A program made the translations under genes and the position numbers. This document shows, piece by piece, positions 15,840 through 24,549 of a DNA stretch of 32,000 bases. Source of the stretch: Acaryochloris marina MBIC11017 (GTDB lineage: Bacteria > Cyanobacteriota > Cyanobacteriia > Thermosynechococcales > Thermosynechococcaceae); assembly GCF_000018105.1 (NCBI RefSeq), contig NC_009928.1, positions 210,001 through 242,000 on the forward strand, written 5' to 3'. Every line of letters begins with the position of its first letter. Position 1 is the first letter of the stretch. Below the pieces are notes generated by a model. It was not told where the DNA came from. It saw only the letters and a program-made list of their open reading frames with translations, and ran no database searches.

Positions 15840-16736
15840 ATGTCCAAGCCTTTGGCAATGGTTACAACCGAGTTTTTAGATCGCCCTGGCTTAGCTGCCA
15901 GCACGGTTCGCTCCTACGAATTCACCTTATTGCCTTTGCTTCAACAATATGGTCAGTGGTCCTTAGAATTACTCGACCGACAGACCCTAGAAGAATATCT
16001 CAATTCCTTGAGCCATCTATCGTTCAAGACTCATCATCGTCACCAAGCCATCCTACAAGCACTCCTCAACTTTGCAGTTGAGCAAGGATACCTGCGGTCT
16101 AATCCAATGACCCGTATGAAACGGCGTAAGCCAGATCCTGCTAAAGGAGAGCATGACTCAGACTAGATCATTCGATACCTAACCCCAGACCAACTACAGC
16201 TGCAATACCAACTGGTCAGCAAAGATGCTCGTACTGCAGCTCTTGTCCGCTTACTCCATCGCACCGGTGCCCGTATTTCTGAGCTACTTAGCTTAGACCT
16301 TGAAGCACTGGATCTGGAACAGCGCAAGTTTCAAGTGATTGGCAAAGGTAATCGACAACGGTGGTGTTTTTACAGCGAAGATGCAGCAGAAGTTTTGCAG
16401 AAATACTTGGCAGGGTATCGGCACCCCGGATCTCCAGCGCTGTTTACCGCACAGCAATACTTAAGTGGCCAGGTGAATCGACTCAGTTATCGGAGTGCCC
16501 ACCACAATTGGAAGCAGCTCATCAAAGGCCATCCAGCATTAGCTGGAATTCGGCTCCATGATCTGCGCCATACATTTGCCACCGAGAGAGTGGGCATCAT
16601 TGCCCTAGAAGAGCTCAGGGCCTTAATGGGGCATCAGAGTATTCAGACAACCTTGCGCTACCAAAAAGTCACTTCTGAGCAAGCACAACACGCAGCTCAA
16701 AGAGCCTTCAATAAACTCTCTCAAACCACCCTTTAA
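15840..16736 (+). pseudogene. tyrosine recombinase (TnpI/XerC-like) with a single in-frame TAG
   Basis: Track ORFs 15840..16166 and 16335..16736 are in the same frame. Own translation across the gap: ..KGEHDSD*IIRYLTPDQLQLQYQLVSKDARTAALVRLLHRTGARISELLSLDLEALDLEQRKFQVIGKGNRQRW... The C-terminal catalytic motifs HDLRHTFA and GHQSIQTTLRY are present. The TAG is at 16164-16166. Confidence 0.8.
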
Positions 16737-16959
16737 GGAGAGTTGAGTATTTCTTGAGAAATTGTCCTTATCCATGTCTATACAAGAATAGAGCCAAATT
16801 TAGAGAGTATGGACAGTACTGTGCAAGTGCAGACTATGAGTCAATTTAAAAGCCTGGGATCCTTGCTAAGAGCTACAGCAATAGCGGGACACACACTTTT
16901 GGATTCATCTGCAAAATCCGCTATCTTGTCGCGAGGGAGTGGTAAGCGGAGCAAGCGAT

Positions 16960-18750
16960 ATGAAGCGCCAATGGCAGCCGGATGAACTGATTGAATCCTT
17001 CATTTTGTTGCCCAATGAGTTGGAGCTTATTCCCAACTATCAGACCAACGCCACGGAGCATAACCAGCTGGGTTTTGCTGTGCTGCTGAAATTCTTTCAA
17101 CTTGAAGGTCGCTTCCCCAAGCACCTGGGCGAGATTCCTCAGATCGTCGTGGAGTTCATTGCCAAACAACTAAAGCTGACGCATCAAAGCTTGGTTGATT
17201 ACAAATGGAAAGGCCGGACTATCAAGGAGCATCGAGCTATCATCCGTTCCTTTCTCGGATGTCGTCCCACCCAGCAACCCGAAAAGAAGTCATTGATGAC
17301 CTGGCTCAAAGAGAAAGTGATGCCTCTGGGGCTCCATTTGAATGCGATTCGAGAGCAAGCCTATCAACGTCTGCGTCACCTTAAGCTTGAACCCCCTTCC
17401 CCCAAAGAATTGACCCGGCTTATCAGCTCAGCTGCCCACAACCATGAACAGGACTTTTGCCAAACAATTGCGGCACGACTCCCAGCAGATACTCGAAAAA
17501 GGATGGATGCTTTATTAGAAACAGAATTCACCCGAGACCATGAGGAAAGTCAGTTCCGGCAGTCCGACTTCAACCGTCTCAAGTCAGATCCGGGGCGTCT
17601 AGGCCTGAAAAGTCTCTTCAATGAAATCGATAAGCTGCAAAGTATCCGACAGATTCAGCTGCCTACAGATCTATTTGCCTCCTATTCTCCTAAGCTGATT
17701 GAGCAATATCGGCGTCGAGCCTCAGCCGACCTGGCGGGACGCCTACGCCGCCACCCAAAGGCCATTCGCTACACTCTCATTGCTTCGTTCTGTTATCAAC
17801 GCGAAAAAGAGATCACTGATAATCTAGTCGATTTGCTAGTCCAGACCATCCATCGTCTTAGCATCAGTGCCGAGCGTCGTGTAGAGCGAGAACTGATCGC
17901 TAATTTCAAACGCGTCAATAATAAAGAGGCCCTTCTATACCGAATTGCGGAAGCGGCCTTAGCCAATCCAGATCAACCCGTTAAAGAGGTGATCTTTCCG
18001 GTCGTTAGTCCCGATAAATTGACTAACGTAATTGAGGAGCGAAAACGAACCGGCATTACCTACCGAGAAAAAGTGAATGTCAAGATTCGAGCCTCTTATT
18101 TGCATCACTATCGGCGGATGGTGCCGGCCATTTTGGAGACCCTGGATTTTCACTCCAACAACGAGCAGCATCGCCCTGTCATTGAGGCCATTGAATTGCT
18201 CAGGCAGTATCAGGGCAGTGGAAAGCGATACTTCACTGAGGATGAAAAGGTGATCACCACTGGTGTCCTAAAAAGCGGTTGGCGCGAGCTCGTCATCGAA
18301 TCCAATTCCAAAGGCCAAGACCAGGTCAACCGCGTCAACTATGAAATCTGTGTCTTGCAAACGCTGCGAGACACACTGCGCTGTCGTGAAGTGTGGGTGA
18401 TGGGTGCCAAACGCTACGGGAATCCTGATACGGATTTACCCCAAGATTTTGAAGCTCAACGAGAGCAGTACTATTTAGAACTCAACCAACCCTTGGATGC
18501 TGAAGCCTTCGTCACGAAACTGAAACTGGATATGACGGCAGCTCTGTCCTCCTTAAATACGAGCATCCCCAACGATCCACAGGTCAATATTCTGTCCCGA
18601 GGTAACGGCTGGATTAGTGTTACCCCCTACCCGGCTCAAGAGGAACCCAGTAATATCCACAAACTGAAACAGGAGGTGGCGAAACGCTGGCCAATGACCA
18701 GCTTGTTGGACATCCTCAAGGAAACGGACCTGCGCGTTAATTTGGCCTAA
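16960..18750 (+). pseudogene. tnpA: Tn3-family transposase, N-terminal ~600 aa only
   Basis: Track ORF; the ATG at 16960 is preferred. It has a DUF4158-type N-terminus (..ELIESFILLPNELELI..NQLGFAVLLKFFQLEGRFP). Full-length Tn3 transposases are ~1000 aa. The final codons and the TAA are supplied by the intruding terminal repeat (..aat ttg gcc taa). Confidence 0.85.
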
Positions 18751-19024
18751 AACGACCGAAGCTGAGATGGGCCAATGACGTTGCTCAAGCATCGATTCTG
18801 TCCGTATTGTTGAACGGCCTATCAAGCCCCAAAAGCACTCCATGTGGTGAAGGAAAGCTGCCGGCAATAGTGGCAGAATAGTCTCTCATTTAAGTACAAA
18901 TATAGTCAGGTAGAGAGGACCTCTTCAATACTTAGGTCTGCTTTGTATTCCCTGTTTCTCCCTCCTTTCGGCTCAGGAGTGTCACAAGATTTGACCCTAT
19001 ATTGTTGAGAGCCTCCCCCCCACA

Positions 19025-19057
19025 GAAGCCCGCCTGCGGTTTTCCCGCACGAGCCTC
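19025..19057 (-). ncRNA. group II intron domain V candidate
   Basis: Minus strand: GAGGCUCGUGCGG-GAAAA-CCGC-AG-GCGGGCUUC. It has a 9-bp lower helix, a 2-nt bulge on the 3' strand, a 4-bp upper helix and a GAAA-type loop. It starts 21 nt after the RT stop. Confidence 0.6.
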
Positions 19058-19078
19058 TTCATATAGCCTTTGTCAGGT

Positions 19079-20377
19079 TCAATAGAGAGAAACCAATCGC
19101 CTGGGGCGTGGTAATGGGTAGCATGCTTCATAGTGCAGAAAATCACCCCATGAAAAGCTTCGCCGTTGACTGCGACGATTGAGCCACTTAAATAGCAGCT
19201 TGTAGACTTCTCGCCTGAAGTAGTACAGAGATTGACTATTGTCGGTCACTCCAAAGTAGTTAAAGTGCCCACACAACTTCAAACTCACTACTCGCCAGAT
19301 CACAGGAAGCTTATAGATATTGCGTACCTTCCGCAACCACATTTTTAGTTGCTTAAGGGAGCGACGTAGCCGTTTCTTTGATGTCTTACGTTTCATGCGG
19401 ACATACCCCTTGCGACTCCGGCCCCAATAGTGGGTCAACCCAAGAAAATCAAAGGTTGATGGACGTTGCCCAGTCTGGAAACAGCGCCGAGCATTTCTTT
19501 TACCAAAGGCCAACAAGTGGGTTTTCTTTGTATTTAGTCGTAAGCCATATTTCTCCAGCCGTCGCGGCAGTACCCGCATAAATCTAATGGCATCTTCTTC
19601 ATGTTCAAACACAGCCGCAACATCGTCTGCGTATCGAATAATGGCGCAATACCCTCGGCAGTGATGTCTCACTACGTTGGTAAACCATTGGTCCAACACG
19701 TAGTCGAGGAAGATATTCGCAATCACAGGGGAGACGATTGAGCCCTGAGGACTTCCGAGTTCGTCGTACACCACGCCTCCAGGTGTTTGTATGCCCGCTT
19801 TGAGCATCCGTGCTATCAGACGCAGAAGATTCCCGTCCTTTATTCGGATACTCAATACGGAAAGGATTTCCTGGTGAGGCATTGTGTCGAAGAATTTGGC
19901 TAGATCGATATCAGCGACCCAATTTACGGGTTTACGCATCACTTCCCTATTTAGCTGCCTTAAAGCATCATGGCAGCTCCGCTTTGGGCGGAATCCATAT
20001 GAGGTGTCGATAAACACGGGTTCATAGATCGCTTCTAGGATCCGACGGGTCATCTCCTGAACTACTTTATCTTCCGTACAGCTGATCCCTAAAGGACGCA
20101 TACTGCCATCCTCTTTTGGGATCTCTACCTGACGCACCGGTTGGGGTCGATACGACATTTGGCGTAGTTTCAGGTGTAGATTCTGGAGATTAGTCTCCAA
20201 ATTTTCCTGGTACTCCGCCTTGGTCACTCCATCTACTCCAAGCGCTTTGTTTCCATCCAGCGACTCGAAGCAGGCTCGCAGATTTTCCACACTATAGTGG
20301 TGCATCAGAGCCGTGAATGGCTCCTCTGGATGATTACGAGCCCGACTAGCTATCCGTTCAACTCCTGTTTCCGCCAT
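19079..20377 (-). CDS. group II intron reverse transcriptase/maturase (no endonuclease domain evident)
   Basis: Track ORF 19079..20446; the ATG at 20377 (MAETGVERIA.., GAGGTGGA Shine-Dalgarno) is preferred. RT blocks are present, including ..RRVEIPKEDGSMRPLGI.., ..FDTMPH.., ..GSPQGSIVSPVIANIFL.., ..IRYADDVAAVF... The maturase X region is ..LCGHFNYFGVTDN... Confidence 0.9.
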   Translation of the reverse strand: MAETGVERIASRARNHPEEPFTALMHHYSVENLRACFESLDGNKALGVDGVTKAEYQENLETNLQNLHLKLRQMSYRPQPVRQVEIPKEDGSMRPLGISCTEDKVVQEMTRRILEAIYEPVFIDTSYGFRPKRSCHDALRQLNREVMRKPVNWVADIDLAKFFDTMPHQEILSVLSIRIKDGNLLRLIARMLKAGIQTPGGVVYDELGSPQGSIVSPVIANIFLDYVLDQWFTNVVRHHCRGYCAIIRYADDVAAVFEHEEDAIRFMRVLPRRLEKYGLRLNTKKTHLLAFGKRNARRCFQTGQRPSTFDFLGLTHYWGRSRKGYVRMKRKTSKKRLRRSLKQLKMWLRKVRNIYKLPVIWRVVSLKLCGHFNYFGVTDNSQSLYYFRREVYKLLFKWLNRRSQRRSFSWGDFLHYEACYPLPRPRRLVSLY

Positions 20378-20873
20378 GAGTCCACCTCTGCGTGTAGATG
20401 ACGTTTCCGTTGGACGGGCGACTATATGTGTCCCCCTTCGCTCCATGGGCGTTACTCCATTTCTTCACTACTATGAGGACATCCGACTTCCCATTAACCA
20501 TCAGGCTTCCTCCTGGTTTGCCAGTTGTGCTGCCTTACCCCCACAAGGGAGGAGTTAGTGGGATCTCCCGAGTTCCCAGCTTTGCCTTGGTGACGTGCCA
20601 CGGTCTTTGACCCCGGTGGACCTGCTAGAGCCATGGCTATTGGCTCTTTAAGTTTTGCCTTCCATGATTTAGAACATGTCGGCATCCACAGTTATTGGGG
20701 ATAACGGGGCTCAATCCCTTCACGCTTACGCATTGCGGCCCATCACCTCCTTGTGTACGCTTCACTCCCCTCGTTACCGGGAACAGTGCAACACTCAGTA
20801 CTTAGTGCCTAGCCAAGGCTTCTAGGGTGAGGACTTTCACCTCACGGACAAAGCCGAGCTTTGCTCGGCGCAC

Positions 20874-20912
20874 CTAAATTGCCCCATATCGCAGCTTCGG
20901 TCGTTTTAGGCC
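20874..20912 (-). repeat. transposon terminal inverted repeat, perfect inverted copy (serves as the intron 5' exon)
   Basis: Reverse complement of 15194-15232, 39/39 identical. Confidence 0.8.
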
Positions 20913-20913
20913 T

Positions 20914-21300
20914 TGTGGCGACAGTATCTCCGTCGATTTGCGCTGGAGCATTGGTATCGGTTTGTCCGCCAGCGTCTCCATTGGACCGTTCCCCAACCCT
21001 CAACCATAGAGCAAATGGAAGCTTGGTCGGATCTGATGCCCCTGCTCACCTGGCAGTTATGGCTGGCGCGTTCCCTCGTCGAAGATACGCCACTACCCTG
21101 GCAAAAAAAGGTTGACTCACTATCTCCAGGACGGGTTGCTGACTCTATTACTGCACTTTTAGCAAGGATTGGTTCCCCTGCACCTGACCCCAAACCTCGC
21201 GGAAAGTCGCCGGGGTGGACGACTGGCAGAAAAAGAACTCCGCGACCTCGCTATCCAACAGTAAGGGAAAGAGCATCCAAGCCCCCAAAAACGGAGAAGG
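20914..21300 (+). pseudogene. IS4/IS701-like DDE transposase, C-terminal fragment
   Basis: Track ORF 20913..21392 begins abruptly at the IR junction. WRQYLRRFALEHWYRFVRQRL fits the Y-x2-R-x3-E-x6-K/R signature of IS4-superfamily catalytic domains. It has a basic P/R/K-rich tail. No N-terminal part exists anywhere in the window. Confidence 0.55.
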
Positions 21301-21692
21301 TAGCCGCCTATGCTTCCGATCTTAGTCTCGTAATATCGCGATCATGCGAGAGAAGTGCTCGCGTGATAATTTCTGCTGAAGCTTCTTTTTAGTCTAAATT
21401 CCAATTGATATGGCAATCCTAAATGTCGAAGCGGTTTTAAGATCAGTACATCGGTCCAATTGGATCTGAAGTTGTTCGATTTTATCTAGCGTTAACAGAG
21501 ACATAGATGACCACACCACTAGATTGCAAGCTTAATTAAACCATTTAATGGTATAAAAATCTGTTCCTGCCATACGACGATCACAAATTTAGCCCCGTTG
21601 ATTTCATCAACTTGCAGTTTCTCTAAGACTGGATCTTGAATAAATTATTAATAAATATCGTAGACATATAAAGATTACACTCCCGCTTCCCT

Positions 21693-21721
21693 TGGCTTAT
21701 CCTTTGTTCTCACGGTAAATT
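21693..21721 (+). promoter_or_regulatory. candidate sigma-70 promoter conserved upstream of both DUF4259 paralogs (copy 1)
   Basis: TGGCTT-17 nt-TAAATT. The whole ~45-nt block gcttatcctttgttctcacggtaaattgtcc is conserved with 31325-31355. Confidence 0.4.
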
Positions 21722-21748
21722 GTCCTTGAAGCTAACCAGAGTACTTCA

Positions 21749-22147
21749 ATGGGCACATGGGGACCAGGGAGCTTTGAGAATGATGATGCAATAGACTGGG
21801 TTGCAGAGCTAGAGAGCTACTCAGACGATGGCCCTATCATTGATGCCCTCAACACCATCATTGACAGAGCCGATGATTACCCACAACCTCTAGATTGCTC
21901 CGTTGCCATTGCGGCGGCAGAGTTAGTTGCTGCACAGTTAGGTAATTCCCATGAGGACTGCCCAGAGGAAATCGAGATATGGGTAGAGGGGCATCCAGCC
22001 CCCTCAGCAACGAGGATTGCCCAGGCTCGACAAGCCATCGAGGTAATTCTGGCTGAATCTGGACTCAAGGAAATGTGGCAAGATTCAGATGAATGGGAGA
22101 AATGGGAAGAAGCGATGGAGGATATGCTGTCTAGACTGCCATACTGA
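21749..22147 (+). CDS. DUF4259 domain protein
   Basis: Track ORF. MGTWGPGSFENDDAIDWVAEL.. is the DUF4259 signature N-terminus as I recall it. Paralog of 31380..31778. Confidence 0.7.
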   Translation: MGTWGPGSFENDDAIDWVAELESYSDDGPIIDALNTIIDRADDYPQPLDCSVAIAAAELVAAQLGNSHEDCPEEIEIWVEGHPAPSATRIAQARQAIEVILAESGLKEMWQDSDEWEKWEEAMEDMLSRLPY

Positions 22148-22232
22148 GGAAGAATTATGACTCCTAAAGATTTCTACAGACTTAAGCGATTGTTCAATAC
22201 ACCCCCTAAGATGGGGCTTTGGGAGTATTGTT

Positions 22233-22811
22233 GTGGACGATTACGACCAACCAGAAAATAGCGATGATGATATCCCTATAAATGACAATGCCGGGGCACA
22301 ACTTATCCAAAAGCTAAAAACTTATCTTGCTCCAGGGGCGTCACTCCTAGAGCTAGGAATGGGGTCAGGCAAAGACTTGAATCTATTGAGTCAATCTTAT
22401 GTCGCCACAGGCTCTGATTACTCTCAAGACCTTCTCGATTGCTATCTCAGACGATTTCCTAAAGCTGATTTAATCTTACTAAATGCACTCACATTACAGA
22501 CTGTCAGAAAATTTGACTGCATTTATTCAAACAAAGTCCTTTATCAGTTGACCCCTTTCGAACTGAAAAAGTCGTTGGTGCAACAACATCGAATCTTAAG
22601 CGATAAAGGAATACTCATGCACTCCTTTTGGTATGGGAGCCACGTTGAAGACTTTCACGACACAATATGCACCTATTACACTGAACAAACCTTAAATGAA
22701 ATCATTAGCAAACGTTTTGAACTCTTGGAGATACAGAAGTACCAAGAGATAAGGAAAGGGGACTCTATTTATATCCTGCTTCGCAAATCAACCCATGCGG
22801 TCCACCTCTGA
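22233..22811 (+). CDS. class I SAM-dependent methyltransferase
   Basis: Track ORF. Motif I is ..SLLELGMGSGKDLNLL... The acidic residue after beta-2 is ..ATGSDYS... The start codon is uncertain (GTG). Confidence 0.7.
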   Translation: MDDYDQPENSDDDIPINDNAGAQLIQKLKTYLAPGASLLELGMGSGKDLNLLSQSYVATGSDYSQDLLDCYLRRFPKADLILLNALTLQTVRKFDCIYSNKVLYQLTPFELKKSLVQQHRILSDKGILMHSFWYGSHVEDFHDTICTYYTEQTLNEIISKRFELLEIQKYQEIRKGDSIYILLRKSTHAVHL

Positions 22812-22979
22812 ATCACTGTTACTCAGGTTTTATCTTTCATACCGCTCTTGTTCATCAATGCATAATACTTGCTACGCTCAATCCATGGGTTCATGCTCAA
22901 GAAATGCTTACTCACGCTAATTGCTGCTGAATGTTTTGTCGGACTCGAAAATATCCTTCATCATCAGGAGGAAAAATTG

Positions 22980-23321
22980 ATGAAATTTCAAGACATTTTT
23001 GAGTACTTCAAAAACCCTCCTCCTACCAAACTGTGTCAAGAAGTAGCAGCATGCTTTATCTTGTCTGTACTAATCGATTTGGGTGACTCCGATTTTACAG
23101 CCATAAGCCAATATCTTAAGTCTAAGCATCCAGCTTATCGGGTGTCAGATCACATTCTGTATATTGCCCGAAATTTCTTAGTTGATGAGGCTCTGATTCT
23201 ATCTTATTGGCAAAAACAACCTGGTCAGGGCAGACCAAACCAAATGTATAAAATCTCAGTAGAGAAGCAAGGTGAAGCACTACAGCTAGCCCAACTCTGG
23301 CATCGTTATCTGGGTGAGTAA
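22980..23321 (+). CDS. PadR-like winged-helix transcriptional regulator (tentative)
   Basis: Track ORF trimmed to the ATG at 22980 (AGGAGG Shine-Dalgarno). ..GQGRPNQMYKISVEKQGEAL.. resembles the PadR wing motif (R.K.Y.lT..G). Confidence 0.45.
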   Translation: MKFQDIFEYFKNPPPTKLCQEVAACFILSVLIDLGDSDFTAISQYLKSKHPAYRVSDHILYIARNFLVDEALILSYWQKQPGQGRPNQMYKISVEKQGEALQLAQLWHRYLGE

Positions 23322-23704
23322 AATTAAACGATTGCTTATTGCTTGGGCATCTGGCTCAATAAGAGTGAGAATATAAGTCCAAATGATATGCCTGGGGAGA
23401 TATCTAAGATGCCCAGCACCCATGATCCAATTAGAGGCATACCCCTAACCGATAAGCCAGCAGAGACTTCTAGATGCGGGATGTCCAATGCATCCTTCGC
23501 TCAACATCGCACTTCTAAAAGATGGTATGAGCTTTCAGTTGGAGGGAGAATTCTTGGCTCACCACTGGAATTTGACTTCTACAGACATGGAAATCAGCAA
23601 GGACCAAGTACACGGTCTACGGTCAAAACCAAGGAATTATCCAAGATTTCGTGAAGTCCTGATCCAGGCAATTCTACCTTACTCTAAGTAGCGCAGGTTT
23701 ATCT

Positions 23705-23974
23705 CTATGCCCCTGAGAAGTATTTGCTTTCTCGAATAGACTTGGCAACTTGGTCATTAGAAAGAATAGCAGTGGAAGTACCACTGCAGTGTGGCGGTAC
23801 ACTCTCTGGGTAGCAGGCTTCCCATGCTTCCGCCATCGCTCTAACTGCAACTTCTAATGGCAACTTTTGTAGATGTTTATATTGGTGAAATTTGATACTG
23901 ATCGTCAGTTGCTTTCTCAGGCGTGATATCTCATCTGAATCAGCCGTTTCACTGAATTGCTTCGGTCCCCCCAT
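23705..23974 (-). CDS. hypothetical protein (89 aa from the internal ATG)
   Basis: Track ORF 23705..24067, trimmed to the ATG at 23974 preceded by GGGGAG. Divergent from the cyAbrB gene. Confidence 0.35.
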   Translation of the reverse strand: MGGPKQFSETADSDEISRLRKQLTISIKFHQYKHLQKLPLEVAVRAMAEAWEACYPESVPPHCSGTSTAILSNDQVAKSIRESKYFSGA

Positions 23975-24114
23975 ATCACTCCCCGCCTTGCAATGCTCTA
24001 TTCCTAGTGTGGGCAAATTATCTAAAAAATGACCCACCTCCAGAATTCGTCCTACACTCAATAGCAATTAATTTGCTTATCAAACTGGATGAAAGTAGAC
24101 AGTGAGGTTTAAAG

Positions 24115-24504
24115 ATGCCGAAGAAAACTAAAAAACAAAGTAAGCCTTTAGCAGGTCAAGCGCTATTGACTAAAGTTAAAGCTCTAAACGATTTGACTCG
24201 GGAAGAAAAAGCCAAAGCTTGTGGTTACTACAAAATCGCTAAAAGTGGCACTGAACGCATTAATGTGATGGCCTTCCTGAATGCAGTCTTAGATGCAGAA
24301 GGAATGGACCTGGATGCACAAGTCAAGCGCAACAAGAAGATGGGAGGACGTCAACCCAACTATCGCATCAGCGTACAATCTAACGGCAAGCTATTAGTCA
24401 GTAGTGCTTACACCAAGAAAATGGAGCTGCAACCGGGAGATGAGCTTGAAATTGCATTGGGGCGTAAGCATATTCATTTGAGACTCAAGACTGAAGAAGA
24501 TTAA
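24115..24504 (+). CDS. cyanobacterial AbrB-like (cyAbrB) transcriptional regulator
   Basis: Track ORF. The C-terminal SpoVT/AbrB domain ..YRISVQSNGKLLVSSAYTKKMELQPGDELEIALGRKHIHL.. combined with a basic N-terminal half is the cyAbrB architecture. Confidence 0.8.
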   Translation: MPKKTKKQSKPLAGQALLTKVKALNDLTREEKAKACGYYKIAKSGTERINVMAFLNAVLDAEGMDLDAQVKRNKKMGGRQPNYRISVQSNGKLLVSSAYTKKMELQPGDELEIALGRKHIHLRLKTEED

Positions 24505-24518
24505 TCATTGTGAAAAAA

Positions 24519-24549
24519 GACTCCCCTGTATTCTCTTCTACAGGGGAGT
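24519..24549 (+). terminator. rho-independent terminator after the cyAbrB gene
   Basis: gactcccctgta-ttctcttc-tacaggggagt, an 11-bp stem. An A-run lies before it and T-rich sequence after it. Confidence 0.6.

Larger units (their letters stand above)
15194..18743 (+). mobile_element. Tn3-family transposon, left part (IR, HTH/Zn-ribbon gene, tyrosine recombinase, 5' 60% of tnpA), truncated at 18743
   Basis: A 39-bp terminal repeat begins at 15194. The gene content is typical of Tn3-family elements that use a tyrosine recombinase. The tnpA reading frame ends where a second copy of the terminal repeat begins. Confidence 0.7.
18905..20873 (-). mobile_element. group II intron (1969 nt) with intact RT/maturase ORF
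   Basis: - The 5' end reads GTGCGCC at 20873.
- The ORF lies in domain IV.
- A domain V-like hairpin sits at 19057-19025.
- The domain VI basal helix has a bulged A at 18911, 7 nt from the 3' end, and the intron ends ..CCTGAC.
- The boundaries are fixed by comparison with the uninterrupted allele at 15232/15233.
- EBS1 CTAAAT lies at 20672-20667 and EBS2 GCCCCGT at 20710-20704. Confidence 0.85.
18744..20913 (-). mobile_element. miniature derivative of the same transposon (IR + ~128 bp of left-end sequence + IR), carrying a group II intron
   Basis: A diverged IR lies at 18744-18776 (ggcctaaaacgaccgaagctgagatgggccaat) and a perfect IR at 20874-20912. Region 18777-18904 is the reverse complement of 15233-15360, with about 15 mismatches. 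It includes a dead copy of the HTH/Zn-ribbon gene 3' end (..KHRFCPYC*). Confidence 0.7.

Noticed and set aside
4902-16166. Stop-codon reassignment as the explanation for the in-frame TAA/TAG codons
   Set aside because: TAA, TAG and TGA all terminate well-supported intact genes in this window. Examples are DinB (TAA), the sigma factor and response regulator (TAG), and HU and the histidine kinase (TGA).
19079-20446. The reverse transcriptase as a retron, DGR or defence-associated RT
   Set aside because: The ORF has a maturase X-type C-terminus. It is embedded in an RNA with a GTGCGCC 5' end, a domain V-like hairpin, a branch-site A and EBS/IBS complementarity to its flanks. No msr/msd-like repeats and no template/variable repeat pair were seen.
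20861-21193. ORFs 20861..21115 (+) and 20906..21193 (-)
   Set aside because: They are alternative frames overlapping the IS4-like transposase fragment, which carries the recognisable YREK-type motif.
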